Positions 47,402 through 58,513 of a DNA stretch of 64,000 nucleotides are shown piece by piece (within the stretch, counting starts at the first letter, position 1; each line of letters begins with the position of its first letter). The notes beneath the pieces were generated by a model, which ran no database searches, was not told the DNA's origin, and worked only from the letters and a program-made list of their open reading frames with translations. The translations under genes and the position numbers were made by a program. The stretch covers positions 704,001 through 768,000 of the forward strand of contig CAWDNU010000004.1 of assembly GCA_963803705.1 (NCBI GenBank), given 5' to 3'. Source of the stretch: an uncultured Pseudobdellovibrionaceae bacterium (lineage in GTDB: Bacteria > Bdellovibrionota > Bdellovibrionia > Bdellovibrionales > UBA1609).

Positions 47402-49573
47402 CTATTTCTTATGAAAAGGCAAAATAAAATAAAAAATCGTTAAGTCGTTTAGGCGCTCTACTCCAATTGAACCGCCGTGATCTTCAATCATTTTTCTAAC
47501 AATAGAAAGGCCTAAGCCGGTTCCGCTACTTTTTGTAGTGTAATTCGGTTTGAAAATTTTGCCTTTAGATTTTTCATCTATGCCCGGCCCATTGTCTGAA
47601 ATGTCCACTCTAATCTGCTCCATTTCTTCTATCACTTTAGTCTGAACGCAAATTTTTGGGTGACTCATCTGCTTGCAGGCATCAGCAGCGTTGTCTAAAA
47701 GGTTAATAATGATTCGCTTCATTTGATCTGGATCAAAGAAAAAATCAGTAGCCAAGCTATCTTTTCGAAATTCAACATTTAACTTCTTAATTTTTTGAGG
47801 GTAGAGCCAAATATTGTCTTCAATAATTTTATGGATTGACCCTTTAACCAAGTTCAAACGGGGCAACCTAGCGTGGTAGCTAAACTCGTTGACCAAATTT
47901 TTAACAATATCCACCTGTTGGATAATCATTTGAGTGCACTGCTCAAAGGTAACCGCATCCATGCTAGGATATTTTTTTTGCAAACGTTCTGCAGATAATT
48001 TTATTGGCGTTAACGGATTTTTAATTTCATGAGCTACCCGTGTTGCAACTTCAGCCCAAGCTTCAGCTCTTTGGGCATTTGCAAGCGGAGTAACATCTTC
48101 GAATCCGAAAACGAAATTGACGGGCTCTTTGTCTTTGTCCACCAGAACTGATAGGGCGCAATTTAAACTTATACTTTTAGTTTCATCGACAACTAGCCTT
48201 CTTTCTAAAGTTTGAACACTTTCTAGTTGGCTAAATACTCTGACTTTTAAATACTGATAAACTTCATTTATTGAAGCGGGAAGCACATCATTACCGTCCA
48301 GCTTTTCTAAAGCTAAGCCATTTTTTTTGAAAAAAAGATTGGCAGCGCGGTTTAAAAAAGTCACTTGGTCATTGTTATTAATAGTAACGATTGCGGTAGA
48401 TATATTTTCCAAAATTGTTTCGGTGTAAGTTTTAGAGTCCTGAAGTTCTACCAATGTTTTTGTTAAGGAATTATTAGCTTTTACAGTATCTTCAGTGCTT
48501 TTTTTAAGTTTTTTCGACATGGTATTAAAATTTTTAACAAGTCGCTCGACTTCGTAGCTTCCGGTTTTCATCTCGATAGGCTCGTACTTACCTTTGGCAA
48601 TTTCCCTAGTGGCCTGACTTAGCGCCTCTAGGGAGGCTGACAATTGTCCTGCTAAGTATAACCCGAACCAGGTTCCCCCGAGTAAAATCACCAGAGTCAT
48701 TAAAATTAAAGTTATGAGATAAATTGTTTTTAGGGGGAATTCAAAAGGAGTCGAGGTCCTATAATCATCCCTGGACTCAATGATATTGTTAATCTGTTCA
48801 ACTAAAAAACCTGGAATAAAACGATTAGCAACAATTAAATACTTGTCATTTTCTGAAAATCTTAATGTTCTAAGAATTCGATTATTTTTAAGATCTAAAC
48901 TTCTGGTAGATTCGTATCCTGGCTTTCGCATCTTACGTATATCTGACCAACTGATATCTGGTATCTGAAGCTTGTTTTCTGATCTTAAAGTGTCAGACCA
49001 ACGTTTTTGACTGGTAAGATCATAAACTTCGATTGAGTCTATAGGTGAAGACTGAAGTGACTTCTTTATATTTTGCTTAGCCTTAAAATTTAGAGAACCA
49101 TCCATTTGTTGCTCTACAAAGTTTGCAAAATAGTATCCTTCTCTCTTAATGTTTTTATAGTAAAGTTCAGAGATTTGAATAGAATCATCAAGTATGCCCA
49201 TGCCTTTAATTGCAAACCATCTATCAAAGCTACTATTAATGTAAAATATGGACACTAAAAACATTAAAAAAGTAGGTACAAAAGCAAATGTAAAAAACGC
49301 GATAATAAGTTTTGCTTTTAATGTTTTTCCAAAAATTGGAATTTTGCTTTCTGAGTATATTTTAACTAAGTTTTTAAAAATTAAAAATAGTAAAATTAAA
49401 AAAATGATTAAATTTACGTTCACCAAACCAAAAAAGAAAATAGCATAGTGAAAAGGCAAAGACTCGCTAAGAGCAAACAGTCTAAATTGAAACCAAGTTA
49501 GTAGAATAAAGACTATGATAATTGGCACTAAGCTGTAAGTCTCGTATCTTCTTCGTTTCACTTCATTGGACAT
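47402..49573 (-). CDS. NtrY-like sensor histidine kinase
   Basis: TM-HAMP-PAS; AWAEVATRVAHEIKNPLTPIKLSAERL; DNGPG, GTGLGL. Confidence 0.92.
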   Translation of the reverse strand: MSNEVKRRRYETYSLVPIIIVFILLTWFQFRLFALSESLPFHYAIFFFGLVNVNLIIFLILLFLIFKNLVKIYSESKIPIFGKTLKAKLIIAFFTFAFVPTFLMFLVSIFYINSSFDRWFAIKGMGILDDSIQISELYYKNIKREGYYFANFVEQQMDGSLNFKAKQNIKKSLQSSPIDSIEVYDLTSQKRWSDTLRSENKLQIPDISWSDIRKMRKPGYESTRSLDLKNNRILRTLRFSENDKYLIVANRFIPGFLVEQINNIIESRDDYRTSTPFEFPLKTIYLITLILMTLVILLGGTWFGLYLAGQLSASLEALSQATREIAKGKYEPIEMKTGSYEVERLVKNFNTMSKKLKKSTEDTVKANNSLTKTLVELQDSKTYTETILENISTAIVTINNNDQVTFLNRAANLFFKKNGLALEKLDGNDVLPASINEVYQYLKVRVFSQLESVQTLERRLVVDETKSISLNCALSVLVDKDKEPVNFVFGFEDVTPLANAQRAEAWAEVATRVAHEIKNPLTPIKLSAERLQKKYPSMDAVTFEQCTQMIIQQVDIVKNLVNEFSYHARLPRLNLVKGSIHKIIEDNIWLYPQKIKKLNVEFRKDSLATDFFFDPDQMKRIIINLLDNAADACKQMSHPKICVQTKVIEEMEQIRVDISDNGPGIDEKSKGKIFKPNYTTKSSGTGLGLSIVRKMIEDHGGSIGVERLNDLTIFYFILPFHKK

Positions 49574-49647
49574 TCTGTATTATCTCTACCCGAATCAAAA
49601 TTTCATAAGTTTAAGGACACAAATTTTAAATATTTAAGTGTGGTGAC

Positions 49648-50070
49648 CTATTGAGCACTCTTAGTTCTTAATGCCATTAGGTAAGCTGCTTTTATCGCAT
49701 GTTCACCCACATTTCCCTTTACACCCCAGATTCGGTCGTAAAGCTGTTCATAGGTGTCCACAGTCAGGACACCAAATCCAACTGGTTTCTTAGTCTGTAA
49801 GGACGCTGTCAGACAGCCCTCTTGAGCTGCCTTACAAACGTAATCGTAGTGAGATGTTTCCCCTCGAATCACCACACCCATACAGGCTACAAAGTCACAT
49901 TTTTCATTTTCAAGCAGATGAATTGCACCTAACCCAAGTTCGAAGGCGCCAGGCACATCTAGCTCTACGAAATTCGAAATCTTATTATTTTTCAAAAACA
50001 GCAAAGCACTGTCGGACATCGCCCGAGTGTACTTGTCATTAAACTCGGCCCTGATAATTCCAGCTTTCAT
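49648..50070 (-). CDS. ribH: Lumazine synthase
   Basis: VPGAFEL, GVVIRGETSHYDYV, FGVLT. Confidence 0.95.
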   Translation of the reverse strand: MKAGIIRAEFNDKYTRAMSDSALLFLKNNKISNFVELDVPGAFELGLGAIHLLENEKCDFVACMGVVIRGETSHYDYVCKAAQEGCLTASLQTKKPVGFGVLTVDTYEQLYDRIWGVKGNVGEHAIKAAYLMALRTKSAQ

Positions 50071-51209
50071 ATCAAGACCTTACCGATACCAAATCGGTTG
50101 CTTTTACCGCTACTATTTAATTCAGACTTGATATGGTCAAAAGATGTATGAGATACAATCTTTACACCAAAAGCTTTTAAAGCGTGCATATTTTTAGGCG
50201 AGTCAGTGATTAAGTCTATTTTAGTTAATCCCATTTTCTTCAAAATTTGCGCGCCTACTCCAAAATTTTTTTCATCCATGCCAGGGTCAATCTCGTTATA
50301 GTTTAGCCTCTTTTCAAAATTCTCGTTTTTCCGAATGTAGATTAAAACTCCGCTGGTTTTTAGTTCAAAGTAGTTTAGACAAGCTTGAATTTTTTGATGG
50401 CCTAAGGAAACGCCTCCAACAATGTCGTCTATTATATTTTGAGATTGCATACGCACAGTTATATTCTCTTCACCAGTAATTTGGCCCTTTACAAAGGCCA
50501 AATGTTCATCACCAGTCAAAGTGTCCTTAAAAACGCTAACCATTAAGGTGCTACCAAATGAATTTTGAACTTCCGATTCAGCTACTTTTTCAACTAAGCT
50601 TTCACTACTAAGCCTATGTTTGATTAGGTCTACTATAGTCCCGATTTTCATATTGTGTTTTTTCGCGAAGACTTTTAAGTCTTTCACTCTAGCCATTGTT
50701 CCATCAGGATTCATAATCTCACAGATAACGGCAGCTGGATTTAGACCAGCAAGCCTTGCTAAATCGACACTTCCTTCAGTATGACCAGCTCTTTTTAAAA
50801 CACCACCTTCTCTAGCCATTATAGGAAACACATGTCCAGGTGTAGAAACCTCATTAGACTTAGCGTTCGGATGGGCTGCGACCCTTATTGTGTGAGCTCT
50901 ATCAGCAGCAGATATACCGGTTGAGACACCCTCTGTGGCCTCGATACTCACCGTAAAAGCAGTTTGGTTCGAAGAATTGTTTTTATGTATTGGCACCATC
51001 TGATTAAGGTCTAGTCGCTTAACTTGCTTTTCAGAAAGCGCTAAGCAGACTAGGCCTCTTGCCTCGGCAACCATAAAATTAATATTTTCTGGGCTGACAA
51101 AATCTGCTGCTAATACTATATCTCCTTCGTTTTCCCGGTCTTCGTCATCTATTAGAATAACCATTTTGCCGTTTCTGATATCTTCTATAAGCTCCAGGGG
51201 TGTATTCAT
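50067..51209 (-). CDS. ribB: DHBP synthase fused to a degenerate GTP cyclohydrolase II domain (RibBX type)
   Basis: DDEDRENEGD, GISAADR, RAGHTEG; C-terminal domain lacks the zinc cysteines. Confidence 0.9.
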   Translation of the reverse strand: MNTPLELIEDIRNGKMVILIDDEDRENEGDIVLAADFVSPENINFMVAEARGLVCLALSEKQVKRLDLNQMVPIHKNNSSNQTAFTVSIEATEGVSTGISAADRAHTIRVAAHPNAKSNEVSTPGHVFPIMAREGGVLKRAGHTEGSVDLARLAGLNPAAVICEIMNPDGTMARVKDLKVFAKKHNMKIGTIVDLIKHRLSSESLVEKVAESEVQNSFGSTLMVSVFKDTLTGDEHLAFVKGQITGEENITVRMQSQNIIDDIVGGVSLGHQKIQACLNYFELKTSGVLIYIRKNENFEKRLNYNEIDPGMDEKNFGVGAQILKKMGLTKIDLITDSPKNMHALKAFGVKIVSHTSFDHIKSELNSSGKSNRFGIGKVLI

Positions 51210-51823
51210 TTCAAAATTTCCTTTAAGGGAATGTTTTCTATTTGGTTCAAAAAAGCTTTTGCCATCCAATCAAATTCAATATTTATAAGTTCACCGGGCT
51301 TGAAGTCAGCTAAATTAGTAAGCTTCACAGTTTCTGGTATTAAACAGACCGAGACTTTACTGCGTTCAAATGCGTTGACAGTCAGACTGACGCCTGAAAG
51401 ACCTATACTGCCTTTTTTCCAGACGAATCTTTTTGCTTTATCAGTGACTTCAACAGTTAGATCCCAGGCTTCTCCGTTGGCCGCAGTTGTGATGACCCGT
51501 CCAACCTCATCGATGTGTCCACTCAAAATATGGCCGTGGACGCGGTCACCATATCTCATCGATCGTTCTAAATTGACACTTTTGTTAAGTAACCTAGTTT
51601 CATCCCACTTAGTTACATCAATAGTTTCTGGTCCAACCTCGAAAACTAACACTTCGCTGTTGAAAGCAGTCACAGTTAAACACACTCCGTTAACACAAAC
51701 ACTGTCGCCAGTTTTAATGTCATCAAAGCTTGAAGGCCTTGAAATATGGATGCGGTAAATCGAACTACCGGGGATTTCAAAGTGGGTAATTTTCGAAGAA
51801 GACTCTACTATACCTGTGAACAC
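51206..51823 (-). CDS. ribE: Riboflavin synthase alpha chain
   Basis: MFTGIVE, NGVCLTV, VNLER, GHILSGHID. Confidence 0.95.
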   Translation of the reverse strand: MFTGIVESSSKITHFEIPGSSIYRIHISRPSSFDDIKTGDSVCVNGVCLTVTAFNSEVLVFEVGPETIDVTKWDETRLLNKSVNLERSMRYGDRVHGHILSGHIDEVGRVITTAANGEAWDLTVEVTDKAKRFVWKKGSIGLSGVSLTVNAFERSKVSVCLIPETVKLTNLADFKPGELINIEFDWMAKAFLNQIENIPLKEILK

Positions 51824-52022
51824 CCTAAACTTTTTATCAAACCAAGCTTAAAGGTCAAGCAAAGACTAGCTAGAACTTGATAAGAACACGGCAATTATCA
51901 ATTGAAGACCTTATAAACAAGTGACACTATGATTTAAGTACGCCATAGGCAGCCTACATTCTTTTGATATTACTTACTTGAAAAAGTAAAAGAGGTCCAT
52001 ATTTGGGATCTTTCTGATTTTT

Positions 52023-52619
52023 TTAAAAATTGATGTCCAAACCTAGGGTTTCAGTTTCAACATTTAGCTTTTGTTTTATGGTTACTAATCGTTGGGGAAT
52101 AGCCGCAATTTTTGTACTGTCTGGCTGGATTCCAAGTTTTGTTTCTAGAAACTCGACCCTGTGGGCGAAAGATCTTTTATCTAAGTTTTCTTTTTTCGTA
52201 AATTGCACTACTGGCATTGATCTAATGCCAAACTGTGATTCTAATTCTAATAAACTTTTTTCAATGACAAACCAATTTAAATTAGTAGAGCTTAAGCTTG
52301 CAATTTCCCTTTGTTCTGGAATTTGTCCAGGTTCATTGGCAGAAGACGTACTATCGTCAATCGTTAAAAACTGAATGTCTTCTGATCCAGAACCTTCTAC
52401 TTGAAGCACCGGATCTGAAATCTTATTGTCCTCGTTAAAAAGTCTTAAGACTCTTACAAAGGGTTGAGATATTTTCTTTTCAATTTCAGCCTGCTTCTGA
52501 GCTTCAAGCTCTTTTTCTTCATATACGAAGCCTTTTTTTATATCGAACTTTACGGCTAAAGCGGAGTTTGACATTAAAAGTATGAGTGCACCAATGTGAT
52601 AAAGAGCTAACTTCTTCAT
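52023..52619 (-). CDS. Exported hypothetical protein
   Basis: Signal peptide ending ALA; REIAS motif. Confidence 0.75.
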   Translation of the reverse strand: MKKLALYHIGALILLMSNSALAVKFDIKKGFVYEEKELEAQKQAEIEKKISQPFVRVLRLFNEDNKISDPVLQVEGSGSEDIQFLTIDDSTSSANEPGQIPEQREIASLSSTNLNWFVIEKSLLELESQFGIRSMPVVQFTKKENLDKRSFAHRVEFLETKLGIQPDSTKIAAIPQRLVTIKQKLNVETETLGLDINF

Positions 52620-52655
52620 AACTATCTTATCGGCGTTTAAAAAAAAAACTAAACC

Positions 52656-55262
52656 TTAGTCTATGGACTTAGGTAAGACGTCTACCACCAAACTTAAATC
52701 AGTGGCGCTAAGAGAAACCGAATCTCCCGATTTGACTCGATTTGAGATTATAAGTGTTGCAATTTTGTCTAATACTTCGCGGTCTATAAGTCGCTTCAAA
52801 GGTCTGGCGCCAAAATTTGCATCATATCCTTTTTTCGCAAGATATGATTGTGCTGAAGGCTCTATTTTAAGTTCGATACCCTTGTTAACTTTCAACCGTT
52901 TTATAATGATTTGCATCTGGACCAAGACTATGTCCTCAATATTAGATTTTGAAAGCGGATTGAAATAAACTACGCTGTCTAGCCTGTTTAAGAATTCCGG
53001 TTTGAAATCTTTCTTCAACATAGCTTCAACCTTAGAGATTCTTTCACTTTTAGCTATTGTGCTGTCAGATAAAAATTCAGATCCAATGTTTGATGTCATA
53101 ACTAAAATAGTATTTTTGAAGTCAACGACTCTTCCCTGCCCGTCAGTAAGTCTGCCCTCATCAAATATTTGCAAGAATATGTTAAAAACGTCTTTGTGTG
53201 CTTTTTCGATCTCATCGAATAAAATTACACTGAAAGGTTTTCGTCGGACCTGCTCAGTTAATTGACCACCTTCTTCAAATCCGACATATCCTGGTGGAGC
53301 GCCTATCAGTCTAGCAACCGAATGTTTTTCCATATATTCGCTCATGTCGATTCTAATTATATGTGACTCTGAATCAAAAAGGTTCTCAGCCAAAGCTTTT
53401 ACAGTTTCGGTTTTACCTACGCCGGTAGGCCCTAAAAATAAAAAGGTTCCGATAGGTCTGTTGGGGTCAGATATTTCAGCTCTTGAGCGTCTAACTGCCG
53501 AGGCTATTTCGAACAATGCTTCATCCTGTCCGACGACTCGCTTTTTAAGATAATCGTCAATGTGTAAATACTTTTCGGACTCTTCCTGAGTCAACTTACT
53601 GACCGGAATCTTAGTCCACGCAGATATTACTTGAGCTATTTCTTCAGGACCGACGATCTCTTTTAAAAGTTCGTTCCCCGAGCTATCATGGCTTTCAAGC
53701 TTATTAAGGGCCTTCATCTTCTCGGGAAGTATGCCGTATTTCAACCGGGCGGCTTCCTCTAACTCTGTGTCTCTCTCTGCTTTTTGTATCTGTAAATTAA
53801 TAGATTCTATATCGGATTTTAGATCCTGTACGGCGGCAATACCTTCTTTCTCTTTATTCCACTTTAAATTTAGAGCCTCTTGCTTTTCTTGAAGCTTATT
53901 CAACTGTGATTTGATTGATTTTATTTTTTCTGTCTCAGCAGATTTTTCTTTGTCCGTTAGCACGTCTTGTTCTTTTTCTAATGCTTTCAACTCGACTTTC
54001 AAGCGAGTTGTCTTTCGATTCATTTCGTCCAAAGCTTTGGGCACACTATGGATTTCGATGTTCAGCTGGCTTGCAGCTTCATCAATTAGATCAATGGCTT
54101 TATCAGGCAAAAACCTAGAACTAATATAGCGGTCGCTCAAGGTGGCTGCCGCTATTAAAGCTGAGTCTTTGATTTTTACACCATGGTGAACTTCATACTT
54201 TTCTTTAAGACCTCTTAAAATTGTTATAGTGTCATCCACAGACGGTTCTTCAACAAGAGTTGACTGAAACCTGCGCTCTAGTGCTTTATCTTTTTCTATA
54301 TATTTTCTGTACTCGTCTAAAGTGGTCGCTCCGATGCATCTAAGCTCTCCACGGGCTAATGCTGGCTTCAAAAGCTGACCGGCGTCCATTGCACCTTCCG
54401 ACTTTCCAGCACCTACCAGCGTATGTATTTCATCGATAAATAAAATTATTTGTCCATGAGATTGTGAAACAGCCTTGATCACATTTTTTAATCGCTCTTC
54501 AAATTCCCCTCTGTATTTAGCACCAGCGACCAATAGACCCATATCTAAACTTAACAATTTTTTGTTCTTTAATCCTTCTGGGATATCCCCATTAATGATC
54601 CTAACTGCTAAACCTTCAGCAATTGCGGTTTTACCCACACCAGGCTCGCCGATAAGAACTGGATTGTTTTTTGTTCTTCTAGATAAAATTTGTATAATTC
54701 GTCTAATTTCAGAGTCACGACCTATAACAGGGTCAAGCTTACCTTCGTTGGCTAAAGCTGTTAGATCTTTACAGTACTTTTCCAGAACTTTAAGAGAATC
54801 TTCTGGTTGGTCTGATGTCACACTGTCATTATTTCTAAAGTCCATTATAGCCACCTTCAAATTGTCTATATTTTTAAATTTCGCTTTTAAAACCTGCCCA
54901 ATTAAATTATTCACCTCGAAACTTTGAAGTAAAAAGTGCTCTGTGGATAAGAAATCATCTTTCAAGAGTGATTGGAACTGCTGGGATGACAATAAAAAAT
55001 CAGATAGCCTCTTTGACAAATGAATATTTTCTGTAGCTTCATTTAATCTTGGTGCATTTTCTAAGTGACTCTTTAATTTTAAGTTTAATTCTTTAAGATC
55101 ACCTTGCAGGAAATATGACCAAATTGTTTGGACCTGAGAATTTAGAGCTAAAAGAAAGTGCTCTAAATGCACTTCCGAAGCCTTTTCTTGAAATGCGGCC
55201 TTTACAGCGAAAGCCAACGCTTCTTTTGTTTTTACTGTTAACTTGTCCTGCGAAAATTCCAA
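52656..55262 (-). CDS. clpB: Chaperone ClpB
   Basis: Two AAA+ domains ([16 protein letters not shown]) and a long middle coiled coil. Confidence 0.96.
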   Translation of the reverse strand: MEFSQDKLTVKTKEALAFAVKAAFQEKASEVHLEHFLLALNSQVQTIWSYFLQGDLKELNLKLKSHLENAPRLNEATENIHLSKRLSDFLLSSQQFQSLLKDDFLSTEHFLLQSFEVNNLIGQVLKAKFKNIDNLKVAIMDFRNNDSVTSDQPEDSLKVLEKYCKDLTALANEGKLDPVIGRDSEIRRIIQILSRRTKNNPVLIGEPGVGKTAIAEGLAVRIINGDIPEGLKNKKLLSLDMGLLVAGAKYRGEFEERLKNVIKAVSQSHGQIILFIDEIHTLVGAGKSEGAMDAGQLLKPALARGELRCIGATTLDEYRKYIEKDKALERRFQSTLVEEPSVDDTITILRGLKEKYEVHHGVKIKDSALIAAATLSDRYISSRFLPDKAIDLIDEAASQLNIEIHSVPKALDEMNRKTTRLKVELKALEKEQDVLTDKEKSAETEKIKSIKSQLNKLQEKQEALNLKWNKEKEGIAAVQDLKSDIESINLQIQKAERDTELEEAARLKYGILPEKMKALNKLESHDSSGNELLKEIVGPEEIAQVISAWTKIPVSKLTQEESEKYLHIDDYLKKRVVGQDEALFEIASAVRRSRAEISDPNRPIGTFLFLGPTGVGKTETVKALAENLFDSESHIIRIDMSEYMEKHSVARLIGAPPGYVGFEEGGQLTEQVRRKPFSVILFDEIEKAHKDVFNIFLQIFDEGRLTDGQGRVVDFKNTILVMTSNIGSEFLSDSTIAKSERISKVEAMLKKDFKPEFLNRLDSVVYFNPLSKSNIEDIVLVQMQIIIKRLKVNKGIELKIEPSAQSYLAKKGYDANFGARPLKRLIDREVLDKIATLIISNRVKSGDSVSLSATDLSLVVDVLPKSID

Positions 55263-55370
55263 AATATGGTCCTTGTTAGTGATTCGTATCTAGCATCGCG
55301 ATTCATACCTACAAGGTAAAGGTGAGTTTTAATGGTGCATTGTCAAGCCTAGTAAGATAGACACTAAATT

Positions 55371-55586
55371 ATGCCAAAAATGACGATCCGCCCAGATCGA
55401 GTTCAAGCCCAAGATATTAAAGATTTGAAATTGGTGTTTGCTTGTGAGGACTGCTCTTATTTTAATTCCAAAACTGAGTCCTGTGTACTTGGACTTTCCG
55501 TTCGCGCTCACTTACGAATGGCCCAACTTAGAAAGTTTGAATTGAGTGGGCAAATGCTTTTTTGTAGATTTATCGAAATCGATTAA
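55371..55586 (+). CDS. Small cysteine-rich protein
   Basis: CEDC..F....C..G...H...FCRF. Confidence 0.7.
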   Translation: MPKMTIRPDRVQAQDIKDLKLVFACEDCSYFNSKTESCVLGLSVRAHLRMAQLRKFELSGQMLFCRFIEID

Positions 55587-55603
55587 AATGCTATACTTTT
55601 CGA

Positions 55604-56488
55604 ATGTCTCTATTTTTAACTATAATATTCACTTTAATTATTTTGGTACTGCTTCACGCCACAGGATTGATACTTGCTTATCGGCAGATCAAGATTTACA
55701 AAAAAGTTGAGATTGATGGCTACACTATGCATTATCGATCTTCGGGAAAAGGGTCGAAAAAAGTTTTACTGATACATGGTATGTTTTCCAATTTACATTG
55801 TTGGGACAGCTTCTTAAAATTTAAAAGTGAAAATGTCGAGTATATATCCATTGATCTGCCACAGATGGGCGAAAGCCAAACTAAGAATCTGGCGACTCCA
55901 GTTTATAGAATAGAAGATCTTATTTTTAATTTCAGTAAGCATTTAAAGCTAAATTCGCCGTCGATTGTGGGCTGCTCTTTAGGCGGTTTAGCTGCTTATT
56001 TGGCCAAAGTTAAATATCCAGACTACTTCGATAAGTGCATTATCGTTGCTTCGCCCTTTAATACCGCGTTTCTAAACGCTAAATTATACAAAATAAGTTT
56101 TTTATCACCTGTAGCTAATTTGATGGTCAACCCAATTATTATTGCTTTCTCATATGCGAGGATTGCAAAAACTACGGTGCGAAAGTCGATAAAACGAATT
56201 TTAACTATCTTCTGTAAATTTAGAAATCCACAGCATTTTAGATCGTCTATAGAGTATTTGCAGCTGATCTCAATCGTCGAGCAAAAACTTGAAATACCAA
56301 CCAAGGTCGAGAACTACTTCTTCATTTGGGGCACTGGTGACAAAGTGGTTAAAAAATCTGGTTTCCAAGCTTTTTTAGGTCAAAATCAGCGGCTTAATTA
56401 TGACGAGATCCCTGAAGCGTCACACCACCCTATGGAAAGCCACCCAACTTTATTCGCGAAGAAACTATCAGGCATACTAAATTCTTAG
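55604..56488 (+). CDS. Alpha/beta hydrolase, membrane anchored
   Basis: LIHG, GCSLGG nucleophile elbow, WGTGD, SHH. Confidence 0.9.
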   Translation: MSLFLTIIFTLIILVLLHATGLILAYRQIKIYKKVEIDGYTMHYRSSGKGSKKVLLIHGMFSNLHCWDSFLKFKSENVEYISIDLPQMGESQTKNLATPVYRIEDLIFNFSKHLKLNSPSIVGCSLGGLAAYLAKVKYPDYFDKCIIVASPFNTAFLNAKLYKISFLSPVANLMVNPIIIAFSYARIAKTTVRKSIKRILTIFCKFRNPQHFRSSIEYLQLISIVEQKLEIPTKVENYFFIWGTGDKVVKKSGFQAFLGQNQRLNYDEIPEASHHPMESHPTLFAKKLSGILNS

Positions 56489-56642
56489 TACAATTAGCGT
56501 CCTTAGCCCAATTTTAATTATAATTTTTCATCTTTTTTGTTGCGACTTAGTGTTAAAAAAATACAATAGTTCCTGGGGCATCCTATTATTTTGCATAGCT
56601 TCGTCGAATTAAGTAAACATTTTTCATATCGAGGTAAACTTC

Positions 56643-57419
56643 GTGGCACAATCAAAGAAAAAAAAGTTAAAAACTGCACCTAAAAAAAAGAAGCCTTTAA
56701 AAAAAGTTAAAAAAAAGTCAGTTAGAAAAGCTGTAAGAAAAAAAGCCTCAAAAAGAAAAGTAACAAAAAAAGTTAGCTCAAAGAAAAAAATCAACAAAAA
56801 AAAGATTGTTAAAAAAAAGAAGGTCCTAAAGAAAAAGTCTGCAAAGAAAAAAGTTGCAAAAAAAGTTAAGAAAAAAGCAGATAAAAAACCAAGTCCAAAG
56901 AAAAAGAAATCTCTAAAACCTGTTTCTAAGAAAAAAACATCAAAAAATTCTGCAGCCAATAAAAACACAGCAAGAACGAAAAGTTTAAACGATTCTAAGA
57001 AAAAAATTAAAAGTGCAAAAAAAGCGGAAAAAGAAACTTTGAATATATTAAAAGATATCAAAAACTTAACTGCACCTAAGGTAGTGGTTAAGCCAGTTGT
57101 AGTTTCGAAGGAAAATGACAAGCCAAAGGCACCCGATCTACATGAAATAATAGGAAAAAGACACTCGACTATTGCAGAGCCCATTAACCCATTCATTGTA
57201 GTGGAGAAAAAAAAGAAAAATATCGTAGATGAAACCGATGATGAAGACGAAATCTTTGACTACTCTAGTTCATCTAAAAAAACCTTTCAATCGGTTGACG
57301 ACTTCGAAGATTTGGACGAAGAGGATGAAGAAGATGATCTATTCGAAGACCTTAATGCAAACTTAAACAACAATAATCTAGGTAGCGATGAAGACGACGA
57401 TGAAGACGATTATTTCTGA
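56643..57419 (+). CDS. Histone H1-like lysine-rich protein with acidic tail
   Basis: GTG start with GAGG RBS; KKK-repeat N-terminal half, D/E-rich C-terminus. Confidence 0.75.
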   Translation: MAQSKKKKLKTAPKKKKPLKKVKKKSVRKAVRKKASKRKVTKKVSSKKKINKKKIVKKKKVLKKKSAKKKVAKKVKKKADKKPSPKKKKSLKPVSKKKTSKNSAANKNTARTKSLNDSKKKIKSAKKAEKETLNILKDIKNLTAPKVVVKPVVVSKENDKPKAPDLHEIIGKRHSTIAEPINPFIVVEKKKKNIVDETDDEDEIFDYSSSSKKTFQSVDDFEDLDEEDEEDDLFEDLNANLNNNNLGSDEDDDEDDYF

Positions 57420-58168
57420 GAAGCTGTAGCTCGGTACTTCATATTTAAAATTTCAACCAATACCGAAAATGCCATTGCAAAGTAAATATAACCTTTATTT
57501 ACATGGGTTCCCATAGACTCAGCCACAAGCATCACACCAATCAGCAGCAGAAAAGATAAAGCAAGTATTTTTAAAGCTGGGTTAGATTCTACAAAATCTC
57601 CGATGGTTTTGGCTGATAAAAGCATAACTATCATAGCGAAAACCATGGCTATAACCATTATAGCTATTTGATCAGCCATCCCAACGGCGGTAATGACAGA
57701 GTCTAAGGAAAAAACTATATCCAGAACTATAATTTGAATCAAAATTGACCGTGCTGCGCTCAAGCCAAATTTCGATTTGGGTTGAGTTTCAGCAAAATCT
57801 TGATTTTCGCTTTTGGCATCACCAACTAAGCCTACCTTATGATGGATCTCTAACGTAGATTTAGCGATTAGAAACAAGCCACCAAAAAGTAAGATTAAAT
57901 CTCGCCCAGAAAAGCTAAAGTTAAAGACTGAAATCAGTGGCTCAGTTAGACCCATAACCCAGGTTATGGAGAATAGAAGTCCTAACCTCATAATCAATGC
58001 TAAACCAATGCCTAGGTTTCTAATTCTTTCTCTTTCATTATCGGGAAGTTTAGCAACTAAAATTGCGATGAAAATGATATTGTCTATACCTAAAACGATT
58101 TCCATTAGGCTTAAAGTAAGTAATGCAGTTAAAGCTTCGACAGATGCAAGGTTTTGAATGAGTTCCAT
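57410..58168 (-). CDS. TerC family membrane protein
   Basis: EIVLGIDNIIFI, DIVFSLDSVITAVG. Confidence 0.93.
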   Translation of the reverse strand: MELIQNLASVEALTALLTLSLMEIVLGIDNIIFIAILVAKLPDNERERIRNLGIGLALIMRLGLLFSITWVMGLTEPLISVFNFSFSGRDLILLFGGLFLIAKSTLEIHHKVGLVGDAKSENQDFAETQPKSKFGLSAARSILIQIIVLDIVFSLDSVITAVGMADQIAIMVIAMVFAMIVMLLSAKTIGDFVESNPALKILALSFLLLIGVMLVAESMGTHVNKGYIYFAMAFSVLVEILNMKYRATASQK

Positions 58169-58211
58169 GTGAGCATGATATCATGGAAGCTTTGAAGCGC
58201 AACGTTTCTCA

Positions 58212-58370
58212 ATTTTTTAAAATCAAATCGTTTTAGTTTGTTATAAATTATAAGCCTTAAAAGCTCGATCATACGTTTGTAGCATTTTTGCATCAGCAAA
58301 ATGCTACAATCCGAGCTCACTTTTAGGCCTATAATTTATAACAAACTAAAACGATTTGATTTTAAAAAAT
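58212..58370. repeat. 159-bp palindrome with perfect 41-bp arms
   Basis: 58212-58252 is the exact reverse complement of 58330-58370; further inner inverted repeats. Confidence 0.9.
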
Positions 58371-58513
58371 ATATCAAAAACGGGATACATGGTAAAAAAA
58401 TTCCAATGCTATTTAATTCAAATAAAATAATGCATTTTTTAAGAATTTTTTCTTTAAAAAAAGGTCCTAACAAGATGTTAGAACCTTTTGGAATTCTTGA
58501 ATGGATCTACAAC

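Noticed and set aside
56624..57196. 190-aa Phe-rich minus-strand ORF as a membrane protein
   Set aside because: Antisense shadow of the lysine-rich gene
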